A stretch of 64,000 nt of DNA from Azolla caroliniana (taxonomy: Eukaryota > Plantae > Polypodiophyta): the NCBI GenBank assembly GCA_043228905.1, contig JBHGNT010000001.1, positions 20,708,001 through 20,772,000 of the forward strand. Direction: 5' to 3'. This document shows positions 39,841 to 52,402 of the stretch, piece by piece. Made by a program: the position numbers and the translations under genes. How positions within the stretch are numbered: position 1 is the stretch's first letter; each line of letters starts with the position of its first letter. Below the pieces are notes generated by a model. It saw nothing but the letters and a program-made list of their open reading frames with translations, made no database searches and was not told the origin of the DNA.

Positions 39841-40264
39841 ATGGCAACTGTTAGCACTCAAGAATATCAATCTGTTTTCTCGGAGCTGCAATGCTTGAAA
39901 GAAAGGTTTGTCGCATTGGAACACGAAAATCAACGGCTGTTGGGGGATCTTCAACAAATCTCTTTGGAAAAGCATCAAACGTAACAAAAACATGGGGAGC
40001 TAGCATTACGCGTGCAACAACTTGAAGCAACCATTGTAGCATTGCAACAACAAGGACCAAGTACTCAAGGGATTCATAAAGAGCCCAAAGATCGGCCTTC
40101 CTATGAAATTCGATGGAACGCAATCACAGTTCAGAGGATTCCTTAATCATATACGGTTAGTCATTCAAATGCATCCCTCCCGATATCCCACCGATGCATC
40201 ACTAGTGGGTCTAGTAGGCACGTCTTGAGTGGCTCAGCTTTTGCATGGTTTGCTCCGTTGTTAG
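39841..40264 (+). mobile_element. Second copy of the same gag in inverted, head-to-head orientation; degenerate
   Basis: 'MATVSTQEYQSVFSELQCLKERFVALEHENQRLLGDLQQ' versus 'MAIVSAQSHQSIFSEFQCLKEKFVSLEQENQRLLGDLQQ' on the minus strand at 39729. Confidence 0.87.
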
Positions 40265-40678
40265 TGTTGAGAGATCAAGCTCAACTTAGTTTAGTTATTT
40301 AGTCAACCATGTAACTTCGTAGTTACCTAGATAGAATCTAGTTAGGAGTGTTGTCTATAACGCCTTAAATAGGACCTTGTACTTATTGAGAGATCAAGGT
40401 CAACTAGAGTTAGTTATTTAGTCAACCATGTAACTTCGTAGTTACCTAGATAGAATCTAGTTAGAAGTGTTGACTATAACGCCTTAAATAGGACCTTGTA
40501 CTTAAGTGGGATATTCTAGATCCTCCACTCCTAAGTACATTTAATATAGGACTTACACTTTTGTACCTATATTATCCTCACACATGTGCACCTTGTACAT
40601 GAAATCTATATATACCTCATTGTAGGTATTTTTGTATTTGATGATGATAATGCTAATTTAATATAGAGTTAATCATCC
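40265..40678 (+). repeat. Partial Copia LTR with an approximately 119-bp tandem duplication
   Basis: Starts TGTTGAGAGATCAAGCTCAAC like the family LTRs; about 40267-40385 is repeated at about 40386-40504. Confidence 0.7.
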
Positions 40679-42469
40679 TGTTGAGAATCAAGCTCAACAT
40701 AGCACAACATGTGAACACACCTTTTGAGAATCCATGATTACTCAAAGGTCAAGAGTCACACCACAACCCTCTACACATTAATTATGTGTCATAGAATCAT
40801 ATTTTATGACACATAACTAATGAGTTACATATTCCCCATGACTATGAGTCTTCACATTCCTCAAGAGAGAGAGTGTTTGTTGTAAAGTTAATGAAGAGAG
40901 AGGGTGACTCTATATAAAGCACTCTCCTCATACTTCATACTAAGTTGGTTGTGACTCCTTGTAACACTATTTTGTATCTCATATTCTACTTGTTAATATA
41001 CATCTCCTTCTTCTTCTTGAGTACTTCATATTGTCTCTTATCTATCTTGTGTTTCTCTCCTCTCCTCTCTCCTCTCACACATACACACATAACTCACATC
41101 TCTTCCGCTTCACAAGAATCACCATTGATTCTTTACATGGTATCAGAGAGATTTGGTAGCTCGATCTAGCCCACTCGCCTCATCGTGATCATGTGTTGTG
41201 CTCTATGTCGACGTTCAAGAAGAACCGGCTCATCGCTATCGTAGTGTGACTACATAGCTAGTGTTCGAGAGAGAAGGAAAGAAAAGAAGGAAGAAATCTA
41301 CATCGACAATGAATAGTCAAATGGGGAGTGCTCTCCCTAACGAGAAGTTGGATCGCAACAACTTTGCATCTTGGGAGTACAAGATGCACCAATACCGTGT
41401 CGGCCAAGGCTATTGGAGCTACATCAAAGGAGCACAAGAAAATTGGCCCAACCCGGAAGACGCCGACTATGCAACATGGGAGCAAGCGGCAAGCCGAGTG
41501 ATGTATTGCTTGGTGACATGTGTTCACAACCACATGTTCGGGTACATTCGAGAAGCCAAGATACTGAAGGAAGTGTGGGAGAATCTACCAAAGATTTTCG
41601 CCGCCAACACTACCGCGAGAAAGCTTCAACTCCGCCAAGAGTTGAATAATATCCAACAAAGGGATATGTCCGTCACGAGTTACACCTTGAAGATCAAGGA
41701 GTTTTGTGATTCGCTCGGCTCGATAAGCGTAAATGTGGAGGATGACGAGATGGTGCAAATATGCCTCGGCGGTCTTCCACCAAGATTCGGCGCGATGCGG
41801 ACCACCGTACTAGCACGGGAGAATCCGCCCTCGTTCTTCGATCTTCAATCCATGTTGTTGGTCGAAGAAAACCATGTTCGAACAAGGAGTAGCGCCTCGG
41901 ATGACCAAATGCTCTACACGCATTCGGACAGAGGAAGAGGACGAGCCCGTGCAAGAAGAGGCCGATTAGGCCAAGGACGAGGCGGACCGATTTACGAAAA
42001 CAACTCTCAATTACGGCAACAAGATGGAGGCCATTGGGGAACCTTCGGAAGAAGGGGGAGCCACCATTCCGGTCCGAGCCGACAAACCTCAATCGAGTGC
42101 GGATATTGCAGGAAAGTCGGCCACCACGAAGAAGAATGCCGTAAAAAGATACACGAGTCGGCTTCCACTAGCCGACAACTCACCAACTACGCCATCAACT
42201 CCGACTATGACGATCGCGGCGGAATGTTCGTGATGAGACGTAGAGCGAATTCTATGTCGGCCTCTGCTTCTACTAATACCTCTGGTCCGGAAGACGTATG
42301 GTTCGTCGATTCTGGTGCCTCGAACCATATGACGTCGCATCAAGAATGGTTCTGAGAACTTCGAGAGCCGAACTGACCCGACTATGTCGAAACTGGAGAC
42401 GATACTACACACCCGATTCGGCACATCGGCAATGTTCCATTCGGAGAAGAAGGTAAGCAAACTTATATT
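40679..42469 (+). mobile_element. 3'-truncated Ty1/Copia (LTR 40679-41137, PBS, gag, protease)
   Basis: PBS TGGTATCAGAG at 41138; gag from ATG 41289 with 'CGYCRKVGHHEEEC' and 'WFVDSGASNHM'; homology stops near 42469. Confidence 0.92.
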
Positions 42470-43357
42470 ATGGACCAAGGGTACTTGGTAGCTCAAGCGT
42501 TGGTAACTCGTTGCCACGGCATCAAGAACCTTGCTTGGTAAGGATTATTTATAAGTCTCATTCACCATACCTTCGTTCCTAATTTATTGAATCTATTCTT
42601 AACTCTCGCAATATTTGTTATAGGATAAAAACCAACGTCAATAGAGGACCAACCTTTCGGTTCGTAAATGCCATTGAGTACATTACGGTTGGCTACTTCG
42701 ATGAAATAAAGAAGCAAAGAATCAAGGAGCATTCTAATGAAGTCAGAGGTTCAAACCTGTTGGTATATCCAGTCGTCACACGGAAATTGCGACATGTGTC
42801 CACGACAAAACGTGGACTTGTCAACCCATACCAAAAACCTCAATGACTTATGATGCATTTGATTGAAATGTTCTCGATAGAAGGAGATTGGATATTAGAC
42901 CTATTTTCTAGCACAGGTATTCCTCGAACTAGGTTTACGTTATTGAGATAATCAATACTGATTCTTATGGTTTGATAACTAAGTCTTTTTGCTGCTCTTT
43001 ACAAGGATAACGTCTGCATGCGCATTGAAACTCTTTAGAAACACTGTAGCATTGGAGAAGGACGAGGATCAGGTTATATTTATAAATATGAGGATTAAGG
43101 CCTTGTGGGAATGCCTAGACCAGGATGAGGAGGTCGGTGCAAAGCACATCGCTGATACGGAAAGGTTTCAACCGGCTTCACGAGAGCCTATTCCTCTGTT
43201 AGCTAGGAAACCGGGGGAGGTAATTGAGCTTGATGACGACCTTATAGAAGGTCTTATGGTTGCTCGGCTAACAAGGAAAGACAATGCACACATAGCTAAA
43301 GAGACTTCTCTAAGGGATGAAGAGGATAATGATGTTGATGATTTGATTGCTATGTAA
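42470..43357 (+). pseudogene. 5'-truncated, intron-containing beta-class DNA amino-methyltransferase (N4-cytosine or N6-adenine type) pseudogene; exons 42470-42537, 42624-42916, about 43005-43357
   Basis: Spliced translation: ...IKNLAW|IKTNVNRGPTFRFVNAIEYITVGYF...VNPYQKPQ*LMMHLIEMFSIEGDWILDLFSSTG|ITSACALKLFRNTVALEKD. This matches the N6_N4_Mtase signature WxK..E, then [HN]PxQKP..L..LI..S..GD.VLDxFxGxGTT..A...R..IG.E.D. Intron 1 is GT..AG and in phase. Confidence 0.82.
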
Positions 43358-44309
43358 TAGAATGTTTTGTTGATGAAGTGTAAACTTATGAATTCCAAGC
43401 TCTAATACAAATTTTGGGTTCTTCCATTGGTGTACTCCATTGTTTACATTCTTCTATATGTTTCAATGATATTCCTATATACTTGGTTTGTTGACTTATG
43501 ACATCGGTTTCATCACATCTATTATTGACTCTAATATGGAGAAACATGAATTAGTTAACCTTAAGGCTGATTTCGGTCAAACTTTACCTAAACATATTAT
43601 CCCTGTTGAATGGTCGTCAAGATTGTCCATGTCGTTTATTTTGATCGGTTGTCGAGACTGTCAAACTATGTCTAATATACAACACTCCATATATTATGGA
43701 TCTTTGTCTTCTATTGCTGCTTATAATGTGTAGTGTGTTCTTAATTATCAAACTATTATGTTTGTTTGTCTTCCATTGCTTCTTACATTGTGTAGTCTGT
43801 TGATAATGGTCTATGCCACACTATCCCATTAGTTGCACGACCTTGGAGTACACCTCTCATCAATATCCACATGTTTCATACGCTTGTAGTTCCACGAGTG
43901 TTATCCTTCGGAGTTCGATCCCATGCGAATCACCTACGGACTAGATTAGATCAACTTTAAACACAAATATTGAAAGCCTTAATAAGTTTGTTATTTCAAT
44001 CACATTATCATAAGGTTCACTATCTTACATTGTCCACAATTATATACATATGAGTATGGGTCAAACTATAACTTATAACTCATTTTATTAGCATGGATAC
44101 AATTACACCTCATATTTTTGCAAAACTTACCAAACAAATATAAGTCTTCATCTGAGTGTTTGCCATGTCGCACAAAAGTGTGATATTGAGCCATTGTTGA
44201 ACTTTATTATAATGGCATTAACATATCAACACATCCAAAGTTAAGTGAATTTCACATGTTCTCCACTCGGAGACCTATCATGTTTTATTAATTTTGCAAA
44301 TTCTAATCA

Positions 44310-45062
44310 AGTTGTGAAACATGTGATACTAGTGCATCCAATTTTTGTAGAGAGGGTATATTTGGATATTTACAAAAGGAATCTACATGTAGAATGCGTG
44401 AGCCTTCCATTTGTGAACGCGAACGTGTTAGTTGTATAAGTATAAATACAACTAGGGCAAACTTTAGTAGTGTAGTAGATCATTGGTGTATCATTGGTTG
44501 TGAGTTACAAGAAGGTTGTTGCCTCTGTAACTGTGTAAGACAGAGAGAGTGTGTGTAAGAGTGAGAATGAGAGTGTAACTCTGTAGCTGTCTGTCAGACA
44601 AAGGTGAACTCGAGGTCGTTGCCTCCAAATTTCTCATTGTACTTCTCCTCTACCATAGTGATCTATTTTGGGGTTTGTGAACTCCACGTGGTTTTTCCCA
44701 GTTTGGGTTTCCACATTAAATTTGATGTCCCTGTTTCTAGTTGTATTTCTGTCATTTTTTTGTCTATGCACATTTTTCTTGATTTCTGCACCCAAATATA
44801 CGAACGAGCAACCGGTTGTGGTCGATCACGATTCTCAACAAACTGGTGTCAAAGCGATGGAAGACTCGTTCGGCGGCATGTTCAAGCTTACCGGCTCCAA
44901 CTACTCAGTGTGGAAGCCGAGGATGAGAGACGTGCTCGTGTGCAAAGACCTTTGGCTGCCGGTGTAGTTCGGAGATAAAAGGCTAGACAAGATCGATGCA
45001 TCCACTTGGGAAGTCATGCATCTGAGGGCGGCAACATATAGAAGGTGTTTTATAGACATGAG
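44310..45062 (+). mobile_element. Copia 5' fragment (LTR ending 44840, degenerate PBS, gag start); left boundary approximate
   Basis: ...CTCAACA AAC TGGTGTCAAAGC, then ATG at 44857 'MEDSFGGMFKLTGSNYSVWKPRMRDVLVCKDLWLPV'. Confidence 0.8.
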
Positions 45063-45360
45063 TGTTGAGAATCAAGCTCAACCTAGTCTAGTGTGTGAAC
45101 ACACCCTTGAGAGTGTGCACTCAAAGGTCAAAAGTCACCACTCTTATCTACACATTAACTATGTGCCATAGAATCATATTCTATGACACATAACTAATGA
45201 GTTTTCACATTCCCCATGACCCATGAGCTTTGGTAGTTAATGAAGAGAGATAGTGACTATATAAATCACTCTCCTCCTACTTTGTAATTAGTTCGATTAA
45301 TCTCCTTTGTAATATACATTGTCTTGAGTATTCTATAGTTGTTCAAATCTATCTATCTTG

Positions 45361-45399
<39 letters not shown>

Positions 45400-46421
45400 C
45401 AGACACACTCACAAAACATTTCTCTAGTCTATTCCGCTGCCCAAGAATCACCATCGATTCTTTACATGGTATCAGAGAGATTTGGTAGCTCGATCTAGCC
45501 CACTCGCCTCTTCGTGATTGTGTGTTGTGCTCTATGCCGACGTTCAAGAAGAACCGACTGATCGCTATCGTAGTACCACCACATAGCTCGTGTTCGAGAG
45601 AGAAGGAAAAGAACAAAGGAAGCTTAATCGACAATGAATAGTCAAATGGGGAGCGCTCTCCCTAGCGAGAAGTTGGATCGCAACAACTTTGCATCTTGGG
45701 AGTATAAGATGCACCAATACCTTGTCGGCCAAGGCTATTGGAGTTACATCAAGGGAGCACAAGAAAACTGACCCGACCCGAAAGACGCCGACTATGCAAC
45801 TTGGGAGCAAGCAGCAAGCTGAGTGATGTATTGCTTGGCGACATGTGTTCACGACCACATGCTCGGCTACATTCGAGAAGCCAAGACGCCGAAGGAAGCG
45901 TGGGAGAATCTACGAAAGATTTTCGCCGCCAACACGACCGCGAGAAAGCTTCAACTCCGCCAAGACTTGAACAACATTCAATAACGGGATATGTCCATTA
46001 CAAGCTACATCTTGAAGATCAAGGAGCTTTGCGACTCGCTCAACTCAATAAGCGTCAATGTGCAAATATGCCTTGGGGGCCTTGCACCACGGTTCGGCAC
46101 AATGAGAACCGCCATCCTAGCAAGGGAGAATCCTCCCTCTTTCTTTGATCTTCAATCCATGTTGTTGGTTGAAGAAAACCATGTTTGAACAAGGAGAAAC
46201 ACCTCGGAAGGCCACATGCTCTACACACATTCGAATGGAGGAAGACGAAACGGCTGAGCAAGAGGCCGATTCGGCCAAGGACGAGGCGGAGGAGGTCCGA
46301 CTTACGAAAACAACTCCCAATTTCAGCAACAAAACGGAAGCCAACGACGAACCTTCGGAAGAAGGGGAAGCTTCCATTCCGGTCGGAGCCAACAAACCTT
46401 GATCGAATGCAGTTATTGCGG
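45063..46421 (+). mobile_element. Ty1/Copia (LTR 45063-45466, PBS, degenerate gag); split by Gypsy element A and resuming at 63743
   Basis: Close relative of the 40679 copy. The zinc knuckle 'CSYCG|KIGHHEEEC' is reconstituted across the insertion. Confidence 0.92.
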
Positions 46422-48222
46422 TGTCGTGAAGATTCCGGGCCATGGTGAGAAACCGGGGAAAATCGGAAGAATCAGCGGAGTGCATCGCGTGCACTCACCC
46501 TTGTTAAAACGTGTGAATAATAGGGGGGCCTTAATGGCGCCGAGTAGGAGTTAATTTGGGACAGAAAATCCCTTGTAAGTTGGGATTTATCCCACATAGT
46601 CACGCGACCCTCACCTTGTTCTATAAAAGGGAGGGCACGCCCCTTGTAAAAGGGTTCCTCATTTTTAAGGTTCCGTAGGTTCAAATTTTGGTGTTAATAA
46701 CTTATGAGCATAACGTCTTTCTGTCTTCTTTTCATCTTGGTGTGAGTGTTGTCTCTATTCTTTGTTAGGGTTTCATCTTGGTATTGTGTTGTCTCTATTC
46801 TCTGTTAGGGTTTCGATGTCATCTGTGTGCGTGCGTAGGTGGCGTGTTTAGTTGTGGTGGGCAACGTGCGGACTGTCTACGCCTTCCTTGAGTTCCTGCT
46901 TGTTGGTTCTCAATACTCCACGGTCTTGTACGTCTGTGTGTGTGTGGGTGTTGGCTTCTACCGCTTGTGAAGAGCCCGCACGCTAGGTGGTTCGTTGGCA
47001 GGTTTCCCTCCTTGGCGCGCAAGACCCAACTCGGTTCAGCTAGCCCGTGTGCTCTTTTGAAGGCGGCTTCACGACGGGAGGTGGTCGTTCTAAAAGAGGT
47101 GTGCCTTGCACGAGGGTCCCGTTACGCGAACGAGCCTGGGAGCTCCTCGACCGGCCCTAGGATGTAGACTCCCTCTTCCTCTCCGTGTGGAACTAGTGTT
47201 GCAACGAGCGTCGCGTGTGTATGTGTGGGTGTGTCTCCGGATATCGTAGGGTTCGAGAGCGGGTGCGTGTATGGTCGCCGGTGTAGAGGTGTCGGTTGTA
47301 ACCAAGTGTGTATATGTGCATGTGTGTGTGTGCGCGGATGCGGTTAACCGGGCCACGTCCCATGCCTCTTTTGGCCCCGTGTACATACGGGCGAAAGGGG
47401 GCGACAAGGACGAGGGCGCGCTCTCTCACTTCCCGTGCGATTACCTATCGCGTCCGGAGAGTATTCGGGATCGAATCGGCCGGCAACGCGGCAAGCTACA
47501 GAGGATTTGGGTTCCCGGCAACTCCTCCCCTTCTGGTCCATGACCCCGGTGGTCCCACCCGGATCCAACATGCCTGTGCAGACTACCGCGAAATATTTCG
47601 TGAACCCGACGTGAAGGGCGGCAAGGGAGGATGGGGTTGGAGGCCAAAGACTTCGAGGAGGAGAGTCGAGAAACAATGCATCGAGATGGATGAGGTCGAA
47701 GAAGTTGACCGTTACAACGGGGACCGAGTCCCACGAGTTTCGCCGAAGGCTCGACCATCCAACATAAAGAGCAGGACCTCCGAGCAGCTCACAAAGCATC
47801 GACACCTAGAAGCAAAACGAAGGTGGCGTGCGACGACACGACATCACAGTAGGAAGGGGGCACGTGGACAAGACGGACGTTGTCGAGCTGGAGGCCAACC
47901 GGGGCACGACGGTGCCGATACAGGAGAGGGTGCGGGATGAGCCACCCTCTTTTACATGGGGAGAAGACCGATCATGCAAAGGTTGGGAGTAAGGAAGAAG
48001 ATGATCGAGAGTACAGAACGAGTCCGGTGGGATCGACATCGGAGCCAAAACTCCGGACATTGCAGAATCAAGCCCAGGCGGGGCTTGATCGATCATAGAG
48101 CGGATGCTTTTCACTGACACCACTAAAAGGGTCGGTGGTCCCTGACGAGTCGTCGGGAGTCGTTTCGGAATCGGTATTCCCACATCTCATCTCGAGACTC
48201 CGGCAGCCGGCAACGAGGTTGA

Positions 48223-48908
48223 TGACGGGAACCCAACGTTCCTTATGCGCGACGCTCGGCCACAACCGAGCTTAGAATGATACACAGAAAACGGGAAATA
48301 AAACACGACAAGAAGAAGGAAAGAATACACAAGAGGTTTACGTGGAAAACCCCAAACTAGGGGAAAAACCACGGCAGCCCACAGGTTGCAAACTGTCACT
48401 ATGTGGGAATATACAACAGTGAGTTCACTGAGGCACCGACCTCGTGCTCACAAATCTTCACCACAGGCGGCGGTTACAACAGAGGCAACGACCTCTTTCT
48501 CTCTCTCTCTCTCTCTCTGTACAGTTACGCACGCTAATCTCGTGCAAAACAGAAAATGACAACAACTACTAAAAGTTTGCCCTAAGTCATATTTATACTA
48601 ATATGACTTTTCGGCTATTTACAAATATAGCCTCGATGGGCTCTCAGAAACATATTTACGAATATGTCTCTTCCTCCGGTTCTCACCGGGTCTGCACCAT
48701 CCGGCTCTCCGTAGCCGGGTACTCCTTATCCGGTTCTCACCGGGCCTGCACCATCCGGCTGTCCATAGCCGGGCACTCCTCATCCGGTTCACACCGGGTC
48801 TGCACCATCTGGCTCTCCGTAGCCGGGTACTCCTCATCCGGTTTCGGCCGAGGCCTTCATCGACACTGTTCTTCTCCCTTCCCATCTGGAGGGACCTGTC
48901 TCCCAACA
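48223..48908 (-). repeat. Solo Copia LTR related to the LTRs of the intact element at 33488
   Basis: TG..CA ends with TSD GTTGA at 48218-48222 and 48909-48913. The reverse complement starts TGTTGGGAGACAGGTCCCTCCAGATGGG and has about 54-bp CCGG-rich tandem units. Confidence 0.9.
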
Positions 48909-51900
48909 GTTGACGTGAGACCGAGAGAGATGGAAGATGAAGAGGGAGCACAACAAGGAGAGCGACAACGAGTTCGGGAGAAGTACAAAGGAATCAGAAA
49001 TTGAAGACCGGTCCTATGGGTCACCTCACACCGACCCGGAGACTCCGTCGGTCAGCATTGATTTCGACGTAAGACCAAGGTACTGACGGTGGCGGTAGGA
49101 GAACAGGACTCGACAATGCGGAGTGACGGACGAGCCCAGATGAGAACCGGGCGGAGCGAACTTTTGGATAACCGATCCGGAAGGGAGGAAGGAGTAGGCC
49201 TACGGAGACGCCGGAACACTGTACATCGGTACCACGGGAGAGGGTGTGGAGCGAGCCACCCTCTCGGCATGCGGAGAAGGACGACCCGGGACAGGGTCGG
49301 GAAGACAAATTAGAGGCCCGAGGAGGATCCTCACACCGACCCGAAGACTCCGGTAGTCGGCCCGAGAGCCGGCGTGAGACCTAGAGAGATGGACGGTGGT
49401 GGCAGGTGAACGGGATCCCAAGATACAACGTAGAAGTGCAGAGGGCGATCATACGGCGATTCTCACACCGATCCGAAGACTCCGACGGTCGGCCCAAGAG
49501 CCGACGTGAGACCTAGAGAGATGGATGGTGGCGGTAGGTGAACGGGATCTGAAAGAGCAAGGGCCGGGAGAGCGGAAAGGGGTATCAGGCCGACGACACG
49601 GCCATGAACCAGATACACACCCAACCGGCAGAATCGGCAAGACAAAGATCGGATGCACTCGATACATCAGTCGGTGACCCAATAGGACGGGGGCCCAAGG
49701 AGGATCCTTCACACCTGTCCGGAGCCCCCGGTAGTTCGGCGGACATGGCAACGTGAGACCGAGGGTAATGGAAGGTGGTGGCAAGGGGACGAAGGCAGCA
49801 ACAGCAGAAGCACCGACTAACTGAGGCGTCACGTGAATGAAGGAGGCCATGCGGGCCGGAACGCTATCGTGGAGATTTTTGGCAATAGTGTGAAAATCCC
49901 ATAAAACGTACGAAATCAAGTAAGAATCACATAATACAATAATTGTGAAGATAACATTTTTAATATCTAAGTACAAAATGATGGAGGTTTCGAATGCACT
50001 TTATTACACGAGAAATGGACAACTAAATGTCAAGATATGAGGGTATAAAGTTTGTGAAAAGAAAAGGGAAAATTGTGAGATATCCCACATAGGCACAACA
50101 AATACGGCTCTCATCATATATAAGGTGGAGCAAAAGATATTATCTTTGTGTCTATGTGTGGAGCATAGAGAGTTCAAGGTAACTTGAACTAAGAGTGGAG
50201 GTGGGCTAGCTACTCATAAAGGGTTTTGGCCAACCAAAACCAGACCGACGATGGAGATGGTGAACCGACGGCATCCGGCGACGGCATCCGGCGACGGCAT
50301 CCGGCGAGGCACCGGTATCCGGCGACGACATCCGGCATCTGGCGAGGCACCGGTAATCGACGGCATCCAGCGAGGCACCGGTAACCGACGGCATCCGGTG
50401 ACTATATAAATAAATATATAAATATATATACAAATATACATATACAAGGAGGGGAAGTAAGGATTTGAACCTTGCACCTCCAAGTTATGAGTCAATTGGC
50501 TTACCATTAAGCCATGCTATTTAGTTGAAATTATATTTCTATCATTGTACTTTTACATGTAAATTCTCATACATGAGAGCTAAAATGAGTGACATGGTTA
50601 TCATGCACCACATGTAATACATAAGCGCCAAATGGCAAACATGCAATTTATGCATGTCTTGTACCCTCACATGCATCATATGCATGAGAGCATCTATAAA
50701 AGAAGGAAGGGGGAGGAGAAAAAACACGGTTTTTTTATGATTATGAAATTAAGAAGAAGAGATTCGTTATCAAATTGATGGTGTAACTTGTTTCTTAAAT
50801 CTAAAGTTAAAAGTTCAATCAATCTCTCTCAATCGTGTAATCTCAACTTTTCTCTTTCCCAATCTATCTTAAGTACTTTCTCGCTAAAGCTTGCGCCAAA
50901 GCTTGTACCGACTTTGAATCCTTCCGGTCCAGAACCCCGGCGGTTCCGCCTCACGATCCGCGCGTAGTGACGGATCTTCACGACATAATTAAGTGGTGAA
51001 CCCGACGTGAACGAGGTGGTAGGAAGGATCAAGTCGAGATTAATACTTGGAGATGGTGTCCTCAAGCAACCAAGCAGGAGAGCTCGAAAGGATGATGCTA
51101 ATCGTCGAGCAAATGATGAGATCTCGGGACAACGACGCGAGCGTGGAGAAGGCTGTCGATCGTGTCGTAGAGCTCGAGGGCCAATTCGATGGAAGGAACG
51201 TTACGAAGTTCCTTGATGCATATAGAAGGGAGATGAATCAGAGGGACGTGTCCGAGGCACGTCAAATCGCAAGCTTCAAGAGAGTTGTCGCCAACAACAT
51301 CCAAAGACGCGTCATCGAGCTTCAAGAAGGTAAGACAACATGATCTGCTCAAGCGAGACTAGAAGACCCCTACGGGTGAATTTCGGAAGAGGAGGAATGA
51401 AGAGATCTATGGAGGATGCCGATGCGACTCATGTGGATGCGATGCACTATGCTGCGTCGGCCGGAATAAGAGTTGGGAAAGACAAGACTGAAGCTGCTAG
51501 AGCGGGAGCAAAGTTTTGGACTTCTGTTCTCTAATATGAGAAGAAGGGAAAAATCACATCGAACGAGGTAGATCTTGCAGACCGAAGCGTGCAAAGCATA
51601 ACCGGGTGGTCGGATCCGGTGGACGACAACACCATACTCGCAGAGGTGATGTGCGACAACCACGAGGTGTTCGTCGAAGAAAAGAGAAAGAGAATAGAAG
51701 AGCAAGGCCCATCTAAAAGACATGAAACAAGGAACGCGAAAAAGAAGGACGATGCGGAGACGAGTCGACCTTTACAATCGGAGGAACGAGAATCAAGCCG
51801 AAAAGGGGAGCCGAGCATACGAGTTGAAGAAACAGTGCGGCCCGTGAAGGTTGGTGTCGAAGACCCCGCTCGGAGGACTAGGACTATACCTACCTATAAG

Positions 51901-52402
51901 CTAAGGTCGGACATAGAGCAGACAACGGACCTAAAGAAGATTCTCGAAGAACGAGTTCTTGATAGCCACGTAACTTTGTCCTTGAGGGAATTGCTTGGCA
52001 TTATGAAGAAGGAGTTCCATGACACGATCGTGGAACTTGTAAAGAGAAAGAGACAACAATCGGACGAGGAAGAAGAGAAGCCGCAAAAAGCAAAAACGAA
52101 TGCCATAACGATGGCAAGAGACGAAATCGATGAAGATATGGTGGACAACCACTACACTCGACCTCATTGGGCACGAGCGAACTTTGTCCTTGAGGGAATT
52201 GCTTGGCATTACGAAGAAGGAGTTCCATGACACAATCGTGGAACTTGTAAAGAGAAAGAGACAACAATCGGACGAGGAAGAAGAGAAGCAGCAAAAAGCA
52301 AAAACGAATGCCATAACGATGGCAAGAGACGAAATCGATGAAGATATGGTGGACAACCACTACACTCGACCTCATTGGGCATGAGCGACAACGGAGACGC
52401 CG

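Noticed and set aside
44462-44472. TAGTG as a CACTA terminus for the methyltransferase carrier
   Set aside because: It falls inside a Copia LTR motif (TATAAATA..TAGGGCAAACTTTAGTAG) shared with other LTRs here; the carrier element's ends could not be identified.
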